Assembly: GCF_006345805.1 (NCBI RefSeq)
Contig: NC_043006.1
Span: 97,340,001-97,404,000 of the forward strand
Direction: 5' to 3'
Length of the DNA: 64,000 nt
Origin: Octopus sinensis
Taxonomy: Eukaryota
A program made the translations under genes and the position numbers. The notes under the pieces were generated by a model, which saw nothing but the letters and a program-made list of their open reading frames with translations, made no database searches and had not been told where the DNA came from. Below are positions 1 through 10,538 of the stretch, in pieces; position 1 is the first letter of the stretch, and each line of letters begins with the position of its first letter.

Positions 1-1100
1 CCATCCCGCTCAAAAGGTCCCTGAATAAGGGTTGTTTAAGGATGTTGAATTAAACACCCCTGTTTCCAGAAGTGAATTATTCAAACCCCAAAGAATCCCT
101 CTCAACACATGGCTATGATACTCCCCCACTACTTCTGCTCGTTATCAGAGATGCACATATCGTCAGCCACTAAGGGACATGCTTAACTGGTTAAGGTCAA
201 ACAACTTTTAAGCAAATTTGTGGTATTGAGCAGAATATTTGCCGTAGCCCATCTTTTATACCAAGACAAAACAATGTACATGATAACACTTGCAATCAGT
301 TAAGATCAGAAGCCATGAGAGCCACTGCATGGTACTACATCAGGGCATCAAAGAATTCCTCTCAACACATGGCTATGATGCTCCCCCACTACTTCTGCTC
401 GTGATCAGAGATGCACATATCGTCAGCCACTAAGGGACATGCTCAACTGGTTAAGGTCAAACAACTGTTAAGCAAATTTGTGGTATTGAGCAGAATATTT
501 GCTGTAGCCCATCTTTTATACCAAGACAAAACAATGTACATGATAACACTTGCAATCAGTTAAGATCAGAAGCCATGATACTACATGGTACTACATCAGA
601 GCATCAAAGAATTCCTCTCAACACATGGCTATGATGCTCCCCCACTACTTTGCTCGTGATCAGAGATGCACATATCTTCAGTCACTAAGGGACATGCTCA
701 ACTGGTTAAGGTCCAATAACTGACAAGCAAATTTGTGGTATTGAGCAGAATATTTGCTGTAGCCCATCTTTTATACCAAGACAAAACAATGTACATGATA
801 ACACTTGCAATCAGTTAAGATCAGAAGCCATGAGAGCCACTGCATGGTACTACATCAGGGCATCAAAGAATTCCTCTCAACACATGTCTATGATGCTCCC
901 CCACTACTTCTGCTCGTGATCGGAGATGCACATATCGTCAGCCACTAAGGGACATGCTCAACTGGTTAAGGTCCAACAACTGACAAGCAAATCTGTGGTA
1001 TTGAGCAGAATATTTGCTGTAGTCCATCTTTTATACCAAGACAAAACAATGTACATGATAACACTTCCAATCAGTTAGGACCAGAAGCCATGAGAGCCAC
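1..1100 (-). mobile_element. Non-coding ~540-bp (TAA)n-associated element X; its 5' ~258-bp segment is tandemly repeated 4 times and the element runs off the window edge
   Basis: Units start near 91, 351, 607 and 866 (aagaattcctctcaacac...). The sequence is the reverse complement of the copies at 51497-51970 and 52698-53235, and it abuts (TAT)n at 1101. Confidence 0.85.

Positions 1101-1160
<60 letters not shown>
1101..1160. repeat. (TAT)n/(TAA)n microsatellite
   Basis: Direct reading. Confidence 0.95.
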
Positions 1161-1164
<4 letters not shown>

Positions 1165-1170
<6 letters not shown>

Positions 1171-1620
1171 TTTTTATTCTTCTTGCAATTTTTTTTTTCC
1201 ATTTCTTGCCGAGTGACATCCCGGCAACTAGGGCAAAGATACTCATTGGTAGGCCATTGAAATAAACACATTTACAAAATCAAAAGAACTTATGTATAAA
1301 AAATATATTTACATGAGTGGTAGTCGTTCTCCAGCACTTTACTTGGTTCATGTTCATACCACTCACCAGCATGGTCATATCCTAGTTTTTTACATAACTC
1401 ACAATGGATTATTCTCCCCAGGTTGTTATGCGTTATCTTTTATTCTTTCTGTGCCAGCATATTACATTCACTAATTATGTGAGTAACACTTTCCTCATTT
1501 GATTTACATAACCTACATTGGGAATCCATCTGCTTTTTATCTATCTTGGCTTTTATCCAATTAGTCCCCAATACTTGATTGTGTACTGTTGCTAACAAAC
1601 TTTCTTTCCATTTTCAGCCT
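1165..1620 (-). mobile_element. R4/Dong-like RLE non-LTR retrotransposon fragment (CCHC region plus 3' end)
   Basis: Minus-strand translation reads ...DSQCRLCKSNEESVTHIISECNMLAQKE...HCELCKKLGYDHAGEWYEHEPSKVLEN. It ends in an A-rich tail running into (TAA)n. Confidence 0.75.
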
Positions 1621-1719
1621 TTCTTTTTTGCAACCACAACCATGATTCACTATTACTATTTTCTGCAAATTATTATCATTCTTCTTTCGTTCTTTCTTTC
1701 TTTCTTTCTTTATTTCTTT

Positions 1720-3520
1720 TTATCACAGGTTTTGTTGGAACTCCTGAAGTCTTGCATGCGTAGCGGGCTTGCTACCTGCAGCCTACAGTACCCCGCTATT
1801 TGTTCTTTTCAACTATCTAATACTTTCCTGATTATTCTAGACATGCCAAAGAGGCAAACCTCTTGTAACAGTTCTACTGGGCACTCTATTCCAATTTCCT
1901 TTATATTCCTCTTGATGCCTTTTGATACTGTCTCCAAGGACCCAACAACAATTGGCACTATCTTCACCTTCTTCATTTTCCATAGCCGGGCTATTTCTTA
2001 CTTAATATTTATCTATTTTTCACTTTCCTTCTTGACTATTTGTGGATCAAAGGGGCACGCAACATCGTAGCACATGTTGTGCATCTTGTCGACCACCACT
2101 AGGTCCGTTCTGTTATACTCTAGAATACGATCTGTTTGGATTAAGAAATTCCATAGGATTTTGAAAGTCTCCAACTCCACCACTCTCTGCGGTTTGTGCT
2201 CATACCACGTCTTGCCCCCACTTTTCGCACAGTTTCCAGTGTAGCGCTTTCACTACCTTATCGTGTCGCAACAACTTGTAGTGGTTTTGGGCAAGTCTAG
2301 GGCATTCGTTCGTGATATGGGCAATGGTTTCATCCACTCTATTACAGATGTGGCACAGCGGAGACAATTGCTTATTCCTGAGGTTGATCCTCCAATTCGT
2401 GGCTAAAGCTTGGTCTCGTGCTGCTAATATATTGCTTCCATTTTGCGTAATACTTCTTCAAGTCCTTTTTGTATTTCTCCCTTTGATTATCCTTTTTCTT
2501 CTTCTCTGTTTTCAATTCTCCCCCGTACCCAACTGACACTAGCAAAGTTTCCTTACTTTGGAAGAAGTATCTCATAAAGCTCCCGAGGTTCGATATGTGC
2601 GCAGTCTTTCATACTTATCGGTATCCTTCCTCGATTTGTACTCTTCATGTATAAGCGATCAGTATCTGTACGTGGGTGATGGGCTCTATGCTTCGTTAGG
2701 AGCTTTCTTGTCTTCCTTTCCAACTCCTTTAGCTCCTCCTCTGTCCACTTCAGGATTCCAGCGCCATACCGAACTACTGAGTTTATTGCCGAAATTATTT
2801 TCCGGCATTCAGCTTTGAAGCCAATATCCTTTGCATTCACCGCAGATACTTTTACTTCGTCCTTTCTTACGCATTGCTGTGTTTACTTCCATCTGCCTCA
2901 AGTATTCTCAGGTATTTATAACTGGATTGAGGTTCAATTGCCTTCATCGTTTCGCCACTTGGCGTCCATATGCCTTCTGTCCTGACAAGCTTTCGTTGTC
3001 TCATCATCGTAGCACATTTTAAGTGTTCAAATTCCATCTTAATATCATTGGAGAACATCCGCACAGACTGGACTACGTTGTCCACTCCTGCCTCACTTTT
3101 TCTGAACAACTTCACCTCGTCCATGAATAGCAAGTGGTTCAGTTTTCCCTTACCTCTTCTCAGATCATAGCCCATCTTTGTATTCTGTAGTATTTCACTC
3201 AAGGGATCATACCCAGTACAAAGATCAGTGGGGATACACTGTCCCCCTGGAAGATTCCTCTCTTGATTTTCCCCTCTCCTAATACCTGATTTCCTGCTGT
3301 CAGTTCAGTTCTCCAGCATTTCATATTATTCCATATATGTCTTCTCATGTTTTCTGCTACTCCACACATTTCCATTGTTCTTGTTATCCTGGAGCGTGGT
3401 ACCAAATAGTATACTTTACGATAGTCAATCCATGCCATGTTCAGGTTTGTGTTCATTCTCTTACAGTTCCTGATAATTAGATTATCAAAGCAGCTGATCT
3501 TTCCTACCCAGGTGTTGTTC
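1720..3520 (-). mobile_element. 5'-truncated, degenerate R4/Dong-like LINE (RT, CCHC, restriction-like endonuclease)
   Basis: ORF pieces include AWIDYRK, GIFQGDSVSP, LNHLLFMDEVKL and VVRYGAGILKW..ERKTRKLLT. The C-terminal part contains NRTDLVVVDK and VKIVPIVVGSL. Many stops and frameshifts. Confidence 0.85.
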
Positions 3521-3531
3521 TACTTCAAGGT

Positions 3532-3630
3532 GGCGAGCTGGCAGAATCGTTAGCACACCGGGCAAAATGCTTACCAGTATTTTGCTCGTCGCTACGTTCT
3601 GAGTTCAAATTCCGCTGAGTTCGACTTTGT
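3532..3630 (+). mobile_element. tRNA-derived SINE family A, 5' fragment
   Basis: ggcgagctggcagaatcgttagc (A box) ... gagttcaaattcc (B box). Confidence 0.8.
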
Positions 3631-3631
3631 G

Positions 3632-3741
3632 AGAGTAGTCGAGTTTATTTCAAATATTTTCATTTTAAAAATCCTCTCCGGCTAATCGTTGAGGGGACGT
3701 TGGTGTTGCCTTGGCGGAGGTTTGCGCTCTCTGACTACTCT
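3632..3741. repeat. Short element bounded by 9-bp inverted repeats (MITE-like)
   Basis: agagtagtc at 3632-3640 and gactactct at 3733-3741. Confidence 0.35.
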
Positions 3742-3766
3742 TGTTGTTGTTAGTATTATTAATAAG

Positions 3767-3980
3767 GCAGCAAGCTGGTGGAATCATTAGCGCGTTGGGC
3801 GAAATGCTTAGCAGTATTTAGCCCATGGCATCCTTCTGAGTTAAAATTCCGCCGGGGTCGACTTTGTTTTTCATCCTTTCGGGGTCAATAAAATAAGTAC
3901 CAGTTACGAACCGGGGTCATTGTAATGGACTTAATTCCCTCCCTCAAGTTGACCTTGTGGCAAAAATTTGAAATCATTAT
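3767..3980 (+). mobile_element. tRNA-derived SINE family A
   Basis: Same head and body (gtcgactttg..tcatcctttcggggtc..aagtaccagtt) as the other family A copies. Confidence 0.8.
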
Positions 3981-4387
3981 TATTATTATAGTTATTGTTG
4001 CTTTTGTTGTTCTGGTGGTTGTTGTTGTTGAGTTGGTAGCCCAACTGCAATCACTCATGTCATATTCTAGGTGAGCAATAGTTGATACGAAAGGAAAAAA
4101 AAATCAGTTAAATGTAAACTGAAAAGCAATTGAAAATTCATACATTCAAAAAGCTAGCGACTCGCTCAGATAAAAATAAATTATTCATTTTATATCGAGT
4201 CGAATATTATTCCTGTTATATAGCTAGAAATTGCGTGTGGTATACATAGAACGAAACCCTACTTATTTATTTTTTTAAAGTTTCCACCTCTATCTGGCTT
4301 CTAACTTTACTTTTTTTATATTCTTCAGATTTCTTTTCGTTTAACTATTTTTCTCTGCATTCTTTTCGCACCGTTTTTCTTGACTTT

Positions 4388-4742
4388 CTTTTACTCTTTT
4401 ACTTGTTTCAGTCATTTGACTGTGGCCATGCTGGAGCACCGCCTTTAGTCGAGCAAATCAACCCCGGCACTTATTCTTTGTAAGCCTAGTACTTATTCTA
4501 TCGGTCTCTTTTGCCGAACCGCTAAGTTACGGGGACATAAACACACCAGCATCGGTTGTCAAGCGATGTTGGGGGGACAAACCCAGACACACACACACAC
4601 ATACATGACAGGCTTCTTTCAGTTTCCGTCTACCAAATCCCTTCAAGGCTTTGGTCGGCCCGAGGCTATAGTAGAAGACATTTGCCCAAGGTGTCACGCA
4701 GTGGACTGAACCCGGAACCATGTGGTTCATTAGGAAGCTACT
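4388..4742 (-). mobile_element. tRNA-derived SINE family B
   Basis: Reverse complement of the 9312-9710 copy, with an internal (CA)n and a (AAGAGTA) tail. Confidence 0.85.
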
Positions 4743-4799
4743 TTAATTCATAAAAATTTGCTATAAAGGCATTACAAAAGTAGCTGCGGGCTGGACATA

Positions 4800-5990
4800 C
4801 ACATTGATGAGGTGAATGATGAAATAAGGATGATATTGATGAGAGAAGGCAAAAACGCCCACCGATTTTTTTCTTCCCTAAAACATTGTTTTTTTTTTAA
4901 CAGAATAAACAAAGTGAGGTATTGAACCTCTCACAACAGGTTTTACAGTTTTGGGGCTTAGTAGTCCATTACAAATAGTAACATGCAAAAAATATTCAAT
5001 ATACATTCAACACTAGTCCATTTACAAATAAGGCGCTGGGCCTCTTACACTTTATAACAGTGAGGCTTTTCAAGCACTTGTCAATTTTTCACCTCAACGA
5101 GGTATTGAACATCTTACTACAGTTCTTACAATTATTGGACCCGACCCCGGCGGATAGTATCTCCTATCCACTGGGGCAAGCCGCAAACCCAAGCCCTCGT
5201 CAAACTCTTCCCACAATAAGTGGGAAGTAACAAAATTTCATTACCCTCCAGGGGCTGACTTGCAAATTCACAGGCCACTTCTGAGGAGTCAAACAGCAAC
5301 CACACGGTTGCGTATTTGACCCCACGAGTGATAAACTTAATCGCTGGCTTAAATTCTGCCAGCTCTCTTTCGATTATATCCTTTCTGAAAACGGCAATGT
5401 CGTCGAGGGTCCTAGAGTAGGTCCTCAAAACCACCGTCTTACTTTCAAGTTCTTTTAAACATTTTTGGGGTGGTGTAATTTCCCACTCCACCAACTTTTC
5501 ATTGTTATTTGCCATGTTTTTTTAAAGAGTCCAAAAATGCAGTTGTTAAAATATAAAATAATTAAAGAAAAAGAAGGAAGAGGAAATAAGTCCAAACAAA
5601 AGGAAGGAGAGAAAAAAAATTAACAGTTCAATAAAGTTTTTTTTTTTAAATCAAAGATAGAAGAACAGAGAGCAACAGTTCAAACCACAGCAAAGGCTAC
5701 TACTTGGTACTTCAGGCCAAAATTTAACACAATTGTAAAACAGTTAAAAAATCATTCCAATTTTCTTCTCACAGGAACAGCACTATTTTCAAACAAAAAT
5801 TTTGGCAGGATACGCCCACCGAACCAATAATTTTCACAATTAAGTGAATAATATTTTCACTCAGCCTCAGGCAGACTAGTGTCTAATGAGGACTTCTTGC
5901 TTGTAAAAATAATTTGCGACATACAACAGGTCCTCACTAGACCCCCAAAATCCTTACCTTACGGCTGAGTATTCAAGTCTTTAATTGAAG
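4800..5990 (-). mobile_element. Probable internally deleted Tx1/L1-like LINE: 5' UTR, ORF1 N-terminus (5132-5515) and probable 3' UTR
   Basis: The 127-aa ORF has non-repetitive composition and an RRM-like pattern ending LLPTYCGKSLTRAWVCGLPQWI, resembling Tx1-type ORF1. Confidence 0.45.
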
Positions 5991-6783
5991 ACGGCTTTCA
6001 AAACTACGTCATACATCTTCGGTGTCAAACATAACTCTAATTCGCACATGCGCAATGACGTAAACAAGCTAGTTACCACACAGCCTCTAAGGCTTCTTTT
6101 TTTAATATTGGCACAAAGCAATGAGAGGGCCAAGTAGATTATATCAAGCTCAGTACTTGAATGGTACTTCGATCTCTGGGAGATGAAGAAAGCAAAGTTG
6201 ACCTCGGTGGAATTTGAACTCAGAATGCAATGTGCCGAAGAAATATCCTTTCTACTAAAGGTTCAAGGCCTGAAATTTGTAGGGAGGGAACTAATCGATG
6301 ACATCGACCCCAGTAACTCACTGGTACTTAATTTATCAGCCCCGAAAGGATGAAGTCGACCGCAGCAGAATAAGTGTCGAAGAAATATCGCTAATCATTT
6401 TTGATCGACGGGTAACAACTGTGTCAGCCCGCCTTTTTATTTTTATAACAGTTAAAGTTGTGACGTTCAATTCAGTGGAATTGTTCTAGAAGTCAGCCAA
6501 CATCGTCTAAAGTTCTGGAAATCAGCTAGGACCGAAAAATATTTTGGGGCCTGATGATATCATGCAATGCTCTGGTTTAAGATGATGTTGTAAAAGTTAA
6601 AGGCGTGCAGCTGGTAGAAACGGTATGTTCTGAGTTCAAATTCCGCCGCGGTCTACTTTGTCTTTCATCCTTTCAGGGTCGATAAAATAAGAACCAGTTC
6701 TATATTTAAGAGATGAGGAACTATGTACGTTATTCACATTATTTACATTCGATGGATATTTGTCCTTATCTTGTTTGTTGTTA

Positions 6784-6830
6784 ACAAAGCGTTTTGGCTG
6801 ATATACCCTCCAGCCTTCTTCAGATGTCTT
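6784..6830 (-). ncRNA. Minimal type I hammerhead ribozyme motif, G12A mutant
   Basis: gacat CUGAAGA A GGCUG-loop-CAGCC AAAAC GCU. Confidence 0.55.
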
Positions 6831-7064
6831 GGGGAAATTTCGAACCTAGGTTCTCATTCCTAAGGCAATTTTCGATGTTGTTGTTATTGTTATTCTTATT
6901 ATTATTATTATTGTTATTATTATTGTTGTTGTTGTTGTTCATGTCACTGATTGGAATCGAACTCGGAATCTTGGGGTTAGTAGCCCGCGCTCTTAACCAC
7001 GACACCATATGCTCGTGACCTAACTTATCTTAGGAATGAGAACTCATGTTCGAAATTTCCCCAA

Positions 7065-7110
7065 GACACCTGAAGAAGTCTGGATGGTATATCAGCCGTA
7101 ACGTTGTGGT
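7065..7110 (+). ncRNA. Minimal type I hammerhead ribozyme motif, A13U mutant
   Basis: gacac CUGAAGA A GUCUG-loop-CAGCC GUAAC GUU GUG. Confidence 0.55.
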
Positions 7111-7419
7111 AACAACAAACAAGGTGAGGACAAACAAGGTGAGGACAAATATCCGTCGACTGTAAATAATGTAAATAAGAACCAGTTATGCACTGGGGTC
7201 AACGTAATCGCCCCCCTCACTTCCAAAATTTGAAAAAAGATATATATTAGATGTCAACAATGTCTGTGGATTGTTTTAGAAGTTAGCTAAGGCTATAGAA
7301 TATTGTGCAAGTCAGCTATAGCCACTAGTCACGGTAAAGAAGACGGTTAGCAGTGAGGATTCACCTAAATATGTGTTTTTAATGAAAAACTCATAGGTCG
7401 AAACTAACATTTAATGTAC

Positions 7420-7585
7420 TCTTTATTCTTTTACTCTTCTACTTGTTTCAGTCATTTGACTGCGGCCATGCTGGAGCACCGCCTTTAGTCGAGCAAATCG
7501 ACCCCGGGACATTCTTTGTAAGCCCAGTACTTATTCTATCGGTCTCTTTTGCCGAACCGCTAAGTGACGGGGACATAAATACACC
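7420..7585 (-). mobile_element. SINE family B, 3' part
   Basis: cagtcatttgactgcggccatgctggagcaccgcc... Confidence 0.8.
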
Positions 7586-8498
7586 ATGTAGTCAACGAAA
7601 ATTGTTTTAATTAATTAAAATTAATTTAACTAAGGAGAAAAAAATCATTAACTTAATGATTAATTCAGCTTTGGTCTAGAAGACAGGGTACAAACCGGAA
7701 ATGTTAATCAACCAGTAAGTAATTACAAATAGAATGCAGTGGGAAAGAGACGCTAATCTTTGGTCTTACGACCACAACTACCGACATGTTCCAGCGAAGT
7801 AATTTTAACTTACCAAAATATTATTTATATTGATTTAGTGTTTTAAGTATGTTAGTATAGAATTCATTGACAAGATAACTTCAAAACTTTTATATTTGTT
7901 TTATAATTGCTTAAGTTTTGCCTTCAAGTATTATGTCTTCTTTTTCAAATAAATTATATACAATATAGAAATATATAATTATAGCTTCATGAATCGAGAA
8001 TTAATTATTGAAAATTACAGTTTTAACACAGAAATACAACAGCAATACAATAGTAAGTTTACAACCAAATAAAACCTCTCCATGTGTCTCTCCCATTTCT
8101 CTACCTACTAATATATGTTATTGGTTGTGTGTATATGCATTATATATATATATATATAGGTAAACAGAATGGCTACTAAAATTAAAGAACACACGCTCAT
8201 ATTTTCAGGATATAACATTACGTTAGTTATGATGCTGTAGAATCGAATATATATTTAATACATTTTTTTTTGCAGAATATTGATGAAGGAAATATACTTA
8301 TGTACATGTTTGTGAGAACCAAGAACTTAATTTTGCTTGTACACCTCGACTGAGACTTCTGGCAAATTTAGACCTTAATACGTAAGTATGCACTTACATA
8401 CATATATACATACATACATGCACACATACATACATATGTATATATATATGTATATATATGTATATATATATACATATGTATGTATGTATATATTTATG

Positions 8499-8543
<45 letters not shown>

Positions 8544-8699
8544 GCATATTTTAAATGAATTTAATACGTACGTTCCAGTTAACTAGGCAATAAATAAAAA
8601 AGGATGTCATCCAGTACACAAAATCTTCTTCAGTTAATGCATATCAAAATGTGAGAGGGAAATTCAGCTAACGTGCATGGCTTTCTAAACATAATACGC

Positions 8700-8740
<41 letters not shown>

Positions 8741-8856
8741 GTATGTATTTTAAATAATAAGGGTGAACAATTGAATATTAATTTGGTTAGTATCAATTTA
8801 AAACCAATGGTCTAGCATATAGAAAAATCTAAAGAATCACAAAAATTATATTACAC

Positions 8857-8974
8857 ACATATAAGAGGGGGATGACCACTGAGTGGACATCCATTATGCT
8901 AGAAGTCGACCCTCTATAGAAGGTTGACTTCTAGCATAATAGATGTCCACTTAGTGGTCATCCTTCTTATATGT
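8857..8974. repeat. ~118-bp near-perfect palindrome with no spacer
   Basis: Centre ctatag at 8914-8919; the arms pair with about 5 mismatches and one small indel. Confidence 0.9.
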
Positions 8975-8999
8975 ATATATATAAGACTAGTAAAATCTG

Positions 9000-9250
9000 A
9001 GGCAGGGAGAAAAGAAACTGAAATAGAAAAAAATATGCGAAGTTAGAAAGGCTATAGTACATACCTCAAAAGTGTAGAAATAGAAAGCGAAAAAGTTAAA
9101 AAACCAAGAAGTGGAGAAAGATTTATATTCCAAAGAGAAAATAGATGAGAATCTGACGTTTCGAGTGATAGTCTTTAAGAAACAGAGAAAAAAAAAAGGA
9201 TAGAAAAAGTTGAGAAAGAGAGAGAGAGAGAGAGGGGGGGCGGAGAAAAG
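9000..9250 (-). mobile_element. Decayed Penelope-like terminal-repeat module with a hammerhead relic at 9152-9182
   Basis: Minus strand: ...ctc GAAAC GUC aga, with a degenerate upstream core in pyrimidine-rich context. Confidence 0.4.
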
Positions 9251-9311
9251 GAAGAAAATATGTGTTACTAAAAGAGACGTGCGTTCACATAATATTTCTC
9301 AGGTATTTATA

Positions 9312-9710
9312 GGCGCAGGAGTGGCTGTGTGGTAAGTAGCTTGATAACCAACCACATGGTTCCGGGTTCAGTCCCACTGCGTGGCATCTTGGGCAAGTGT
9401 CTTCTGCTATAGCCCTGGGCCGACCAATGCCTTGTGAGTGGATTTGGTAGACGGAAACTAAAAGAAGCCTGTCGTATATATGTATATATATATATATATA
9501 CATGCGTGTGTGTGTCTGTCCCTCTAGCATCGCTTGACAACCGATGCTGGTGTGTTTACGTCCCCGTCACTTAGCGGTTCGGCAAAAGAGACCGATAGAA
9601 TAAGTACTGGGCTTACAAAGAATAAGTCCCGGGGTCGATTTGCTCGACTAAAGGCGGTGCTCCAGCATGACACTGTCAAATGACTGAAACAAGTAACAGA
9701 GAGTAAAGAG
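9312..9710 (+). mobile_element. Full-length tRNA-derived SINE family B
   Basis: Head ggcgcaggagtggctgtgtggtaag...gggttcagtccc, internal (TA)(TG)n and an AG-rich tail. Confidence 0.9.
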
Positions 9711-10361
9711 AGATATGTATATATATATACATATGCATATACATAGATATATCAATTTAAATAAGTGCGTACGTATGTGTATGCATATGCTTATGCATGT
9801 ATATATGTAAATATATGTATCATTATAAATACGTAAATACTTGTGTGTGTGAGTGTACACACACACACACACACAAATATATATGAAATGAATTAATAGA
9901 CGAACCTTGCAACTGTCGTTGGGGAATTTTCAACATGCCATTGGCAAAATGAATAATCAAGAATGAGGAAGAATTACCTCATTATTTTTAGAAGATAAAC
10001 GGTAATTAGTAACACTGTAATATTGGCGAAGTTCACAGAGGATAGTGTTTTCTGATTTTCTGTGTGTATAACCTTGTATCGATTAATCAGTCCACTGTGT
10101 TGCCAGTTACTAATTATTTAAAATCTGCTTCAAAATTATCTGATATCGTTAACTGCTTTACCCTGAAGCTTTCAGGTTTGTGAAATTCCTTATAAAATGA
10201 TTGTATGTATTTGGTGTTGGACTTGCAAACATATGGTTACTCATTAAATTTCGCTGCAACGATTTCCATATGTATCTGAGCAGAACTGGCAATTGTAGGT
10301 ACCAAGGTTAATCTAGCTACCCACATCAAACCCGAATATTTTGGTATAAAGCTGATTGTAT

Positions 10362-10538
10362 CGATTCTAGTTTGCTGTTGATATTTATATGCTTCAAGAG
10401 AATTTCTGGATGCAAATACGATCTCTTACTTAAACTGTTTGCTTCTCAAAGATGTGGTTTCCAGTTCGATCCAGGATTTCTATTCGGAATGTTTAGACGA
10501 GAGACTTTTTAGAATGTTTTACCTCTAACACATCGGCA
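10362..10538 (+). repeat. 177-bp direct repeat, copy 1 (copy 2 at 13052-13228)
   Basis: cgattct...cctctaacacatcggca is present twice with few substitutions. Confidence 0.85.

Larger units (their letters stand above)
6700..7172. mobile_element. Composite inverted element: a tRNA-headed hammerhead-bearing unit (minus) head-to-head with a headless copy (plus), flanked by a 15-bp TSD
   Basis: Arms at ~6738-6865 and ~7029-7172 are reverse complements. Minus-strand A box at 6997-7007 and B box at 6953-6964. TSD AAATAAGAACCAGTT at 6685-6699 and 7173-7187. Confidence 0.8.
6602..7230 (+). mobile_element. SINE family A copy split by the insertion at 6700-7172
   Basis: The SINE body stops at ...aaataagaaccagtt (6699) and resumes at aaataagaaccagttatgcactggggtc (7173 onward). 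Confidence 0.8.

Noticed and set aside
91-1100. CRISPR-like periodicity
   Set aside because: The units are near-identical along their full length with no unique spacers, there are no cas genes, and the context is eukaryotic.
9312-9385. tRNA genes at SINE heads (families A, B, C and the 6950-7015 head)
   Set aside because: A and B boxes are present, but the acceptor stems do not close and the heads run into SINE bodies.
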